Source of the DNA: Promethearchaeia archaeon
GTDB taxonomy: Archaea; Asgardarchaeota; Lokiarchaeia; Sigyniarchaeales; SOKP01
Direction: 5' to 3'
Assembly (NCBI GenBank): GCA_046497275.1
Contig: JAWOFX010000088.1
Coordinates: forward strand, 1-32,000
Length of the DNA stretch: 32,000 bases
The notes under the pieces are model-generated. The model was not told the DNA's origin. It did not search any database and saw only the letters and a program-made list of their open reading frames with translations. Both the position numbers and the translations under genes were made by a program. This document shows, piece after piece, positions 8,836 through 17,624 of the stretch. Positions within the stretch are counted from its first letter, which is position 1; each line of letters starts with the position of its first letter.

Positions 8836-10134
8836 TTGGATAAAAAAAGGACCCTTGATGAAATAAATACAAAAATTAAGGAAGGTAAAGCCACAATTCT
8901 TACAGTCCAAGAATTAATTGAAAAATTAGACGACGGGGAAAAAATAGAATTTGAGGATGTAGATGTTATAACCACAGCAACAAAAGCTTTAATGAGCGGA
9001 ATCGCGGGTATCTTTTCTTTTAGATTATCTCCTCCTAAAAAGGTACGGAAATTTATCGATGTAAGTATTAATGGGATACCTGGATATCCTGGACCATGCC
9101 CAAATGAATTTTTAGGAATAATCGATTTGATCTTATATGGTACAGCTAAAAGTGAGACAAGAGAAAATTATTCTGGTGGGATGCTCTTTAGAGATTTAGT
9201 TGAGGGGAAAGAAGTTAATATAAAAGCAAAAAGTGTGGAAGGTCTGGAAATTGAGAAAACCCTTTCTTTACAAGATTTCCAATTTGCTCGTTTAATGGGT
9301 ACTCGACAAGCAATACGAAACTATTTTGCCATGGTTAATCCTACTGATGATGACGTAGAAACAATTTTTTCAGTAATACCAATTAAAGGAAATTACTCTC
9401 AACTTACCTTCTCTGGATGTGGTGCTATGAATCCTTTCCAAAATGATCCAGAAGCGAATGTGATGGGAATAGGCACGAAAATATTAGTAAATGGACAAAT
9501 TGGCTATATAATGGGACCGGGAACCAGAAATGATAGATTAAAACCAAATCTTCAGACAATATGCGACATGAATGGGATGGATCCGGAATTTATGGGGTCT
9601 TTTAAAACATCTTATGGTCCAGAAAGTATATGTTCGATTGCTGTCCCCTTACCAATCCTTAATGAAAATATATGGGATAAAATTATCAAATCTGATAAAC
9701 AAGTTCCATTAACAGTATTAAATGTTGTTGGAAGATTTAAAGTTGGAGAAATTACTTATGGAGCCGTTTGGGATAATAACTTTATAGTAAAATTTTATCC
9801 TGAGAAATGCAAAGATTGTGATGATTGTCCTGTTGATGGAAAATGTCCAACAGACGCTTTCGATTTAATACAAGGAATAGATAGAAAGCGATGTTTTAAT
9901 TGTGGTACATGCTATGTGTTGTGTCCAGAAGATGCATTTGATATTGATATGAAGTCAGTGAAGGTAAAATTAAAAGGAATGACAGAAAAAAAACAAATTC
10001 CAGTAGTATTGAGACAATCTGACAGAAATGGGGCCATAAAATTAGCAGAAAGATTGAAAAAGATGATTTTAAATGGAGAATTCACTTTAAAAGAACCAAC
10101 AGATAAGCTAGAATTTTATCCAAAGGTGTTTTAA
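8836..10134 (+). CDS. DUF39/COG1900-family protein, methanogenesis-marker-16-like, with a C-terminal 2x[4Fe-4S] domain
   Basis: RTLDEINTKIKEG, EDVDVITTAT and GIPGYPGPCPNE.LG (marker-16 signature); ferredoxin motifs CKDCDDC...CP and CFNCGTC...CP. Confidence 0.85.
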   Translation: MDKKRTLDEINTKIKEGKATILTVQELIEKLDDGEKIEFEDVDVITTATKALMSGIAGIFSFRLSPPKKVRKFIDVSINGIPGYPGPCPNEFLGIIDLILYGTAKSETRENYSGGMLFRDLVEGKEVNIKAKSVEGLEIEKTLSLQDFQFARLMGTRQAIRNYFAMVNPTDDDVETIFSVIPIKGNYSQLTFSGCGAMNPFQNDPEANVMGIGTKILVNGQIGYIMGPGTRNDRLKPNLQTICDMNGMDPEFMGSFKTSYGPESICSIAVPLPILNENIWDKIIKSDKQVPLTVLNVVGRFKVGEITYGAVWDNNFIVKFYPEKCKDCDDCPVDGKCPTDAFDLIQGIDRKRCFNCGTCYVLCPEDAFDIDMKSVKVKLKGMTEKKQIPVVLRQSDRNGAIKLAERLKKMILNGEFTLKEPTDKLEFYPKVF

Positions 10135-10155
10135 TAATAATTAAAAGTGATATTT

Positions 10156-10602
10156 ATGAATGAAGAAATTAAACTTGAAAAATTTGATCAGATAGGAATT
10201 GTGGTGGATGATATTGAAAAATCTGCAGAACTATATAGAGAATTATTTTCTTTTAAAGGAGATATTAATATTGTCGAACAAGACGCCAATGTTACATATA
10301 AAGGAAAAGAAGTAACATTTAAAATGAAAAAAATTATGCAGTTCTTTGGAGGAAAGCAATTTGAAGTGGTAGAAGTAATTAGTGCTGATGGCCCAAATCT
10401 CTATTCGGAATTTATTGAACAAGGTAATACAGGATTACATCATCTTGGAATATATGTAAAAAACGCAGATAAATATATCAATAAGTTTAAAGATAAATTT
10501 GATGTAGATGTAGCACAAATTGGACATGTGGGAAAGCTTAAATTTACCTATTTGGATACGAAAGATTCATTAGGATATTACATAGAATTAATTGAATTTT
10601 AA
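10156..10602 (+). CDS. VOC/glyoxalase-family protein (methylmalonyl-CoA epimerase-like)
   Basis: DQIGIVVDD, FEVVE, GLHHLG and IELIE. The start was set at ATG 10156 because the upstream GTG is part of the SD AGTGAT. Confidence 0.85.
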   Translation: MNEEIKLEKFDQIGIVVDDIEKSAELYRELFSFKGDINIVEQDANVTYKGKEVTFKMKKIMQFFGGKQFEVVEVISADGPNLYSEFIEQGNTGLHHLGIYVKNADKYINKFKDKFDVDVAQIGHVGKLKFTYLDTKDSLGYYIELIEF

Positions 10603-10690
10603 TTTTTACATAAGTGTTATTATTAATTCTGTTTCTTTTACCCCCGTTAAATTAAAAATCTTTATTTTTTATTTATAATAATTTTAAATT

Positions 10691-12436
10691 ATGGTAAATA
10701 AAAAACAAAAAAAAGATGGTGGAGATCTTTTTGTAGAATGTCTTGTTAATGAAGGCGTAGAAAAGATCTTTGGTATTGTTGGTGGTGAATTACTTAGGAT
10801 TTTTGATGCAATTAAACGATGGGGTCGAGAAAAGGGGGTTGATACAGTAATGATGAGACATGAACAAGCAGGAGGTCATGCTGCTGATGCCTGGGCGCGA
10901 GCTACTGGAGATTTAGGTGTTTGTGTAGGAACTGCAGGTCCCGGAGTGACTCATTTGGTCCCAGCTGTGGCAGCAGCCTGGGCAGATTCTATACCTCTTT
11001 TAGTCATAGGGGCTCAAATTGCACGAATGTTTGATGATACTGGAATATTACAAGGAGGTTTAGATCAGATGAAATTGATGGAACCAATTACTAAAGCACA
11101 AATTTCTGTTGAAGATCCCTACGAGATCCCCAAAGCTGTTCAGCGAGCAATAAAGACTGCTATGTCTGGTCGAAGGGGTCCTGTTTTTTTGGAACTGAGA
11201 GAAACTGCTTTAGTTAGAGAAGCAAAAGAAGTTTTCTTCAAAGAAATTGTCCCCCCTGAAAAATATAGGCCTTTCAATCGCCCTTCTGGTAATCCAGATG
11301 CAATAAAATCTGTGATTGAGCTTTTAAAAAAAGCTGAAAAACCATTATTAATGGCTGGAGGGGGCACGATCGCTTCAGAAGCACACGATCGCTTAAAATT
11401 AATTTCACAAAAATACAGAATTCCCGCCGGAACAACAATTAACGGAATCGGGGCTATTTCTCAAGACTCGGATACATACATTGGATCCTATCCGACAACA
11501 AATACTTTTAGAACAGCAGCATCTCAATCAGACTTAGTAATCTCGTTTGGAGTTAAATGGGATTATACTGTCTTTTATGGAGCTCCACCAATTTGGAATC
11601 AAGAGCAAAAACTCGTTCAAATTGATATAGATCCAACTGTAATTGGGAAAAATCGACCTACTGATGTTCCTATTATAGGAGATGCTGGAGAGGTGATTAA
11701 CCAGATACTCTCACAAATGGAGGAAGAACTTCCAAAAGATAAAATTACTCAATGGGAGGAATGGAACAATTATTTGAGAGAAATGAATGCAGCAGATCAA
11801 AAAAATATCGATAAAATCTTGAAATCAGATAAACTTCCGATGAAACCCCAAAGATTAGTATGGGAGGTTTTAGATTTTATAAATTCTGATACACAATTTG
11901 TAATCGATGGTGGAGATATTGCTGTTTTTACCTATGGATTATTGAGTTATAAACCCAGAAAACCGAGATGTACTTATAACCCAATTTCGATGGGTCATTT
12001 AGGAACTGGCATTCCTTATGCGATAGGAGCACAAATGGCGAATCCCGACAAACTAGTTGTATGTTTGTCTGGAGATGGGAGCTTCATGTTTAATGTTCAG
12101 GATTTAGATACGGCAGTTCGAGAAAATCTACCGATTATAATTGTTATTGCGAACAATTGTTCGTGGGGTATGATAAAATCAAACCAGAAAGCTAATTTTA
12201 GCAAGCGATACTGCGATGTGGACTTCCCGCCAACAAATTATGCAGAAATCGCTAAAGGATTTGGCTGTTATGCCGAAAAAATACAGAAACCCGAAGATAT
12301 CAAACCCGCACTCCAAAGAGCAGTAGATTCTGGAAAGCCATCTGTCATTGACGTAGATATCGCTTTTGAAACTCCTCCAGCTATGAAATTAATAGGTCTT
12401 TATAAAAAGAGTAAGGGACTATTCGAAAATCCCTAA
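10691..12436 (+). CDS. Thiamine diphosphate-dependent enzyme (acetolactate synthase / 2-hydroxyacyl-CoA lyase-like)
   Basis: RHEQAGGHAADAWAR, TAGPG, GILQGGLDQ and the ThDP motif GDGSF...ANNCSWG. Confidence 0.9.
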   Translation: MVNKKQKKDGGDLFVECLVNEGVEKIFGIVGGELLRIFDAIKRWGREKGVDTVMMRHEQAGGHAADAWARATGDLGVCVGTAGPGVTHLVPAVAAAWADSIPLLVIGAQIARMFDDTGILQGGLDQMKLMEPITKAQISVEDPYEIPKAVQRAIKTAMSGRRGPVFLELRETALVREAKEVFFKEIVPPEKYRPFNRPSGNPDAIKSVIELLKKAEKPLLMAGGGTIASEAHDRLKLISQKYRIPAGTTINGIGAISQDSDTYIGSYPTTNTFRTAASQSDLVISFGVKWDYTVFYGAPPIWNQEQKLVQIDIDPTVIGKNRPTDVPIIGDAGEVINQILSQMEEELPKDKITQWEEWNNYLREMNAADQKNIDKILKSDKLPMKPQRLVWEVLDFINSDTQFVIDGGDIAVFTYGLLSYKPRKPRCTYNPISMGHLGTGIPYAIGAQMANPDKLVVCLSGDGSFMFNVQDLDTAVRENLPIIIVIANNCSWGMIKSNQKANFSKRYCDVDFPPTNYAEIAKGFGCYAEKIQKPEDIKPALQRAVDSGKPSVIDVDIAFETPPAMKLIGLYKKSKGLFENP

Positions 12437-12529
12437 TTTTTATTAATTTTTATATTTCAGAAGCAATAAAACTAAGTAAGAAAAAGAAATTAATTATTTT
12501 ATTAAAAAAAATGAGTGGTTTAAATTAAA

Positions 12530-13336
12530 ATGGGAAATGATAAATATTTGAAAGGGAAAGTAGCAGTTGTCACGGGTGCAGGAAGTTCTGGGTTTGGTCG
12601 TATAATGGCAAAAAGATTTGCTTCTAAAGGTGCAGACTTAGTGTTAAATGATATTGATAAGGATGGTTTAGAAGAATCAAAACAGATCATTCAAAAAGAA
12701 TTTAACGTGACGGTAAAAATAATTAATGCGGACATCACAGATTTAAGTCAAGTTCAAAAAATGGAAAAGAAAGTTTTTGATTCTTTTGACAATGTTTATC
12801 TTTTGGTAAACAACGCAGGTATCGATGGAGGTCTTTACAGTTCTCTCAAAGCTAAGGAAGAGATATATGATAGGGTTATGGCAGTAAATGTAAAAGGAGC
12901 ATGGAATATGACGAAAACTTTTTTCAGAAAAATGAAAAGACAAAGAGATTTTAAACCTGTTCGAGCTAAAATTATTAATATCGCTTCATGTGCAGGGACT
13001 CCTAATGGCTTAAATCCATTTATAGGGGTATATAGCGCAAGTAAAGCAGCCTTAATCGCGTTTACAAAACTTTGGGCTTTGGAATTAGGACCAGATGATA
13101 TAACAGTAAATGCAATTTCTCCTGGAGTTTTTTTAACTCCTATCTATAATAACGATCCAAAACTGATTCGACAATTCTTAGATAGTAGAGGTGTTAAATT
13201 GCCGATCGATAAGATTGGAGATCCAGAATGGGTAGCTGATGTTGCCGAATTCTTAGCTTCTCCCCAGGCAGATTACATAACGGGCGAGAACATAAAACTA
13301 GATGGCGGTATGACCATATCTATAAATAAAATGTAA
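12530..13336 (+). CDS. Short-chain dehydrogenase/reductase, probably NAD-dependent
   Basis: TGAGSSGFG, acidic LNDID after beta-2, NNAG, YSASK and VNAISPG. Confidence 0.93.
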   Translation: MGNDKYLKGKVAVVTGAGSSGFGRIMAKRFASKGADLVLNDIDKDGLEESKQIIQKEFNVTVKIINADITDLSQVQKMEKKVFDSFDNVYLLVNNAGIDGGLYSSLKAKEEIYDRVMAVNVKGAWNMTKTFFRKMKRQRDFKPVRAKIINIASCAGTPNGLNPFIGVYSASKAALIAFTKLWALELGPDDITVNAISPGVFLTPIYNNDPKLIRQFLDSRGVKLPIDKIGDPEWVADVAEFLASPQADYITGENIKLDGGMTISINKM

Positions 13337-13376
13337 AAAAAAGAATGATTATTAATTTCTATTTTTTTTAAAATGT

Positions 13377-14846
13377 TTACTCTTTAACCTTATTTAAAGC
13401 TTCTTTTAGTACATTTTCAAAATTTTCTATAATATATTCCGTGTCTTCCTCTGTAATTACCAAAGGTGGTTTAATTTTGACGAGATTTCTCATCAGCAAT
13501 TCTCCTTTCGCAGAGAGAATTGGCATACTTTCCCCTAAATATAAATTATATTCTGGTGCTATTTGTATCATTTCCTCTACCAAATCGGTAAAAGGTTCTC
13601 TAGTTTCTCTATTCTTAACCATTTCAATTCCAATAAATAATCCAGGACCACGGATATCTCCTATAACCTCATAATCTTCTTGCATCTGTTTCAATGCTTC
13701 TGTGATTTTGTTTCCCATTTTCTCACAATTCTCTCCTATCTTTTCCTTTTCTATAACCTTTATAGCAGCTAAACCCGTTGCAAGAGCCACAGGATCCGAA
13801 CTAAAAGTTGTATGCTCTTCAGTAGGAGTGAAAGTTTTCCTTACTTTCTGACTGGCTATTAACGCTCCTAAGGGAAATCCTCCCCCAATGGCTTTAGTGA
13901 ATGTCATCATGTCGGGAGATACGTCTAAACCTAATTCTTCTAAATATTTTTCAGTTACAGTGAAATATTTGCCCGTTCTCCACATACAAGTTTGACATTC
14001 ATCGTATATCAAATAAATCTTCTCTTCCTCGCAAATTTCCTTTAGTTTTTTTAGAAATTCTGGTGGAAAAGGAATATGCCCCCCTGCGCCTTGTATTGGT
14101 TCTAATATGACCCCGGCCATTTGTTTTGATGCCATTCCTTTTAGATATTTCTCTACAACGTTAAAACATTCTAAATTACACTTAGGATCTCTCTTTCCAT
14201 ACAACCCATTTTTATAATTCCACATACACCTATAGCAATATGGTTGAGGCATTCTTGTGAAATGACCAGTAGCAAATGAATCAAACCTAGTCACAGCATG
14301 TATTGGTTGAGATAAGGTTGCCGTCACCAATGAAGAACCGTGATAACCATGCCAAAATGTTCCAAAATGATCAGCACCTCTTGATGCTATCATTGCGAGT
14401 TTCATCGCAGCCTCATTAGCCATACCACCTCCCTCACAATTAAGTACTACTCTCCCTCCTTTCAATTTACCAGGTGCTAATTCTGCTAATTTATTACAGA
14501 ATTTTGCTCTTGCTGGAGTTAAACAATTATATCTAACATGAGTTAACCTTTTCATTTGTTCCATAGCTGCATAATTGACATCAGGATTGGCGAATCCAAG
14601 GGCTAATGCCCAATTCATCGATGTACAGTCCAAAATCTCTCTCATCTCACCACTTTCATCTCTTACCATAACCCATGGGGATCCTGGTTCCTTAGCTTCC
14701 ACTGGAGTTAGAGGTTCAAAAAAATTGTTTAATGAATGTTTTTGAAATTCTAATATCTCTTCTCCATTTATCCCAGAAGAAATTCTACTCAATTCATCTT
14801 TACTTAAAGCTTTTGGTTCAAATTCAGTGTCTTTCATTTTAATCAT
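13377..14846 (-). CDS. Class-III PLP aminotransferase (omega-amine transaminase family); likely start ATG 14837
   Basis: GYHG, LEPIQGAGG, IYDECQT, TFTKAIGGG (PLP Lys), HTTF and RGPGLFIGIE. Confidence 0.92.
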   Translation of the reverse strand: MIKMKDTEFEPKALSKDELSRISSGINGEEILEFQKHSLNNFFEPLTPVEAKEPGSPWVMVRDESGEMREILDCTSMNWALALGFANPDVNYAAMEQMKRLTHVRYNCLTPARAKFCNKLAELAPGKLKGGRVVLNCEGGGMANEAAMKLAMIASRGADHFGTFWHGYHGSSLVTATLSQPIHAVTRFDSFATGHFTRMPQPYCYRCMWNYKNGLYGKRDPKCNLECFNVVEKYLKGMASKQMAGVILEPIQGAGGHIPFPPEFLKKLKEICEEEKIYLIYDECQTCMWRTGKYFTVTEKYLEELGLDVSPDMMTFTKAIGGGFPLGALIASQKVRKTFTPTEEHTTFSSDPVALATGLAAIKVIEKEKIGENCEKMGNKITEALKQMQEDYEVIGDIRGPGLFIGIEMVKNRETREPFTDLVEEMIQIAPEYNLYLGESMPILSAKGELLMRNLVKIKPPLVITEEDTEYIIENFENVLKEALNKVKE

Positions 14847-14997
14847 CTTAAATTATTATAGCTAAAAATTATTTCTAATGTCTTATATATTTGATATTAT
14901 TTTAGCATTATTCAAATAGAGATGAATTGTCTTAAAACTAGTTAGAAATAATGAACTTAAGAAAATTAAAATATAGTAATTTAATAAAATATGAATA

Positions 14998-15582
14998 TCA
15001 TTTCCCGCGCCCTTTATTTGCTCTAATACTTGGACGTGTTTTTTCAGATCCCCATCCTTTTTTATGTAATCCTCTTGACTTCTTTCCAGCTGAAGTTTTC
15101 CCTCTATAAACTCTCTTTTTATTAGAAGAATCACAAATCCAATTTATTTTAGGATCAGATTTGATAACTGGATGATGAGGATCAACTAAAATAACTTCAT
15201 AATACCAATTTTTACCATCGGAAAATACTTTATAACTATTTAGTACTTCTAAATTTGGAAACTTTTTTTGTGCTCTTTCTTCTGCTATCCATCGTAAATT
15301 CTTACCCGTAGTATATTTGACAACACCCATAGCTCGATTTTTTCTACCCCGTTTTGGTCGTAATTTGTGCATTCCACCTTTTCTTATTCGTGCTCTGGCA
15401 ATGGTATATCCTTGTTTTGCTTTATATCCGAGCTCTCGAGCTCTATAAATCTTCGTTGGTCTGTTTATTCTCTGAACAGATCTTCCTTTTCTATATTCTA
15501 CGCCTCTTTTCCAATTTGAGCTCTGAAAGGATTTATCATGCTCTTCAAATGTCTCTTTTACATATTTATATCCTGATTTCAA
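14998..15582 (-). CDS. rpl15e: 50S ribosomal protein L15e
   Basis: RPTKIYRARELGYKAKQG, RIRKGG, NLEVLNSY, YYEVILVDPHHP and RVYRGKTSAGKKSRGL. Confidence 0.98.
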   Translation of the reverse strand: MKSGYKYVKETFEEHDKSFQSSNWKRGVEYRKGRSVQRINRPTKIYRARELGYKAKQGYTIARARIRKGGMHKLRPKRGRKNRAMGVVKYTTGKNLRWIAEERAQKKFPNLEVLNSYKVFSDGKNWYYEVILVDPHHPVIKSDPKINWICDSSNKKRVYRGKTSAGKKSRGLHKKGWGSEKTRPSIRANKGRGK

Positions 15583-15640
15583 ATATGATCACTTTTTCAG
15601 ATATGTAATTATATTAATATATGATGGTTTTATAATTTTT

Positions 15641-16576
15641 TCAATCTTTTTTCTTGACATTATTAAAATACTTAATTATTTTTTTAGCTGCATTTATGCT
15701 AGCTTCAATTTGTGTTTCTTCCGTTTGACTTCCGATATGTGGAGTTAAAATTAGATTGCTTTCGCAATTGCATAAATCCATATTTTTTAAGGGTTCCTCA
15801 CGATAAACATCCAAAGCAGCTCCTCCAATTTTTTTTTCTTCTAAAGCTTTAACTAAAGCCGCCTCATCAATTAGATTACCTCTTGCTGTATTAATAATGA
15901 GTGTTTTTTCGTTCATTAGATTCAATCGCCTAGTATCAATTGTATTTTCTGTTTTTACTGTTGCTGGAATATGAAGTGATATTATTTGACAATTCTTTAT
16001 TAATTCATCAACGGATTCATATACTTCATAGCCGAGAGCGCTGGCTTTCTTTTTGGCACCTTTATCAACATCATAAATTCCTATATCCATTTCAAAGGCA
16101 GCGGCTTTTTTAGCGACTTCTGTTCCTATATTTCCAAACCCAATTAAACCTATTTTCTTTCCCTTTAAAACATATCCCATATATTCATTCTTACACCATT
16201 CTCCGCAATGCATTCTCCTATCTGCGTTAGCTATATGACGTACTAAACTGAGAATAAGTCCCATTGTCAATTCTGCAACAGAAACAGAAGGTGCCTTTGG
16301 AGTATTAGACACTGTTATTCCTAATTCCTCAGCTTTTTCAAGATCAATATTATCTAAACCAACCCCTGCTCTCACAATTATTCTCAGTTTCTTCGCTTTG
16401 ATCAGAATTTCTGCTCTCAATTTTGTTCGTGATCGAATAATAATAGCCTCAAAATTTTGAATCTCTTTACTTAATTCCTCTTGATTAAGAGAATATTTTT
16501 TCTCCAGTTTAAAGCCATTTTCTTCTAGTATTTTTATACCTGCTTCATGAATCTTATCAGAAATAAGTACTTTCAT
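15641..16576 (-). CDS. D-isomer 2-hydroxyacid dehydrogenase (3-phosphoglycerate dehydrogenase-like, no ACT domain)
   Basis: VRAGVGLDNID, GLIGFGNIG, INTARG, ALDVY..EP and TPHIGSQT. Start placed at ATG 16576. Confidence 0.92.
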   Translation of the reverse strand: MKVLISDKIHEAGIKILEENGFKLEKKYSLNQEELSKEIQNFEAIIIRSRTKLRAEILIKAKKLRIIVRAGVGLDNIDLEKAEELGITVSNTPKAPSVSVAELTMGLILSLVRHIANADRRMHCGEWCKNEYMGYVLKGKKIGLIGFGNIGTEVAKKAAAFEMDIGIYDVDKGAKKKASALGYEVYESVDELIKNCQIISLHIPATVKTENTIDTRRLNLMNEKTLIINTARGNLIDEAALVKALEEKKIGGAALDVYREEPLKNMDLCNCESNLILTPHIGSQTEETQIEASINAAKKIIKYFNNVKKKD

Positions 16577-16668
16577 ATAAATTATTAACAAAACTTTTAA
16601 TTTTCTTTAATACCTATTTTAATCAAGAATAACTTAAAGATTTAATTGAACAATATTATTAGAGATTC

Positions 16669-17136
16669 ATGAACGAGAAGGCAAAAGAAGATACGGAATA
16701 TGATAAAGTAAAGATAAAGAATGAGGATGGACTAAATGTCTCATATGATAAGAATGAATTAGATCAATTTTTACCCCACCTTATGGATGAGATAATAAAT
16801 AAAGAAAAATCGATTCAAATTGATTCTATTGATTATGATTTTGAAGAATCTAAACAATTAGAAGAAAAAAACGTATCTTGTTTAGATAATTTATCTAATC
16901 CTAAGGCTATTGATTTTATAAGAAGATGCTCCTCAAATGAAGAAGCCATTGAAATATTAGATTATCTTTTGGAAAGGGATGAAATCACCCGAGAAGAATA
17001 CAGAGAGCTAAAAAACCAAATTGATAACGGATTGGAAAAATTTATCAAAAAAAGCGGAGGCTTTAAGGAACCAGGTTATTATATACGAAAATATTATCAT
17101 AACCAGGAAACTAACAAAAAAAGGGATTCTCAATAA
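16669..17136 (+). CDS. DUF2095 family protein
   Basis: FLPHL, NPKAIDFIRRC...EEAIEILDYL and KEPGYY match this archaeal family. Confidence 0.85.
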   Translation: MNEKAKEDTEYDKVKIKNEDGLNVSYDKNELDQFLPHLMDEIINKEKSIQIDSIDYDFEESKQLEEKNVSCLDNLSNPKAIDFIRRCSSNEEAIEILDYLLERDEITREEYRELKNQIDNGLEKFIKKSGGFKEPGYYIRKYYHNQETNKKRDSQ

Positions 17137-17206
17137 TAAGAATTAATTAAAAATATTTCAAAAATAGTTTTAAATTTTTAGATTAATTATATTATATGTA
17201 GGAACA

Positions 17207-17283
17207 TGGCATATGATGAACTTGTGACAATTTAAAAGAGCTATTGCTCGTAGCGATGAAAATGTTGCCCCAATCTGATGCCA
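17207..17283 (+). ncRNA. Box C/D guide sRNA (predicted to guide 23S rRNA Gm2251-equivalent)
   Basis: Terminal stem TGGCA (17207-11) / TGCCA (17279-83); 3-nt bulge; C box ATGATGA (17213-19); C'-like GCGATGA (17253-59); D box CTGA (17275-78); D guide AAATGTTGCCCCAAT. Confidence 0.88.
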
Positions 17284-17307
17284 CTTAATAAAAATATATT
17301 ATAAACG

Positions 17308-17556
17308 TCACTTCCCCAGCAATTTCTTAAACTTATAACCCTTTTCTGTTAAGATATATTCATTATCTCTTTTTTCTATTAGATTTAGACCAAGAAGAAC
17401 TGGAACTCTCCCTTTTATGCACACAATAGGGATTCCTGAAAACAATTTGATTGTTTCAAAATTTTTTGCTCCTTTTTCGATAGCAAAAAATATTTCTATA
17501 CCCATATTTCCTAATAAATATTTTAAATCCTCTTCTAAATCCTCTTCTGTTGGCAT
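17308..17556 (-). CDS. Small winged-helix protein
   Basis: 82 aa, with the wing motif LIEKRDNEYILTEKG typical of archaeal wHTH proteins. Confidence 0.65.
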   Translation of the reverse strand: MPTEEDLEEDLKYLLGNMGIEIFFAIEKGAKNFETIKLFSGIPIVCIKGRVPVLLGLNLIEKRDNEYILTEKGYKFKKLLGK

Positions 17557-17624
17557 CCAAATCTAATATTTTAAAAGAAACTTATTTAATTATTAGAGTA
17601 ATCTTAATTATTTATTTTATATCC

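Noticed and set aside
10691-12436. Assigning the symbol ilvB or xsc
   Set aside because: No ilvN/ilvC context is present and the Xsc-specific motifs are absent, so the subfamily cannot be fixed by eye.
14883-15134. 83-aa ORF overlapping the 3' end of rpl15e in another frame
   Set aside because: It has no motif and is largely an alternative frame of L15e plus AT-rich spacer.
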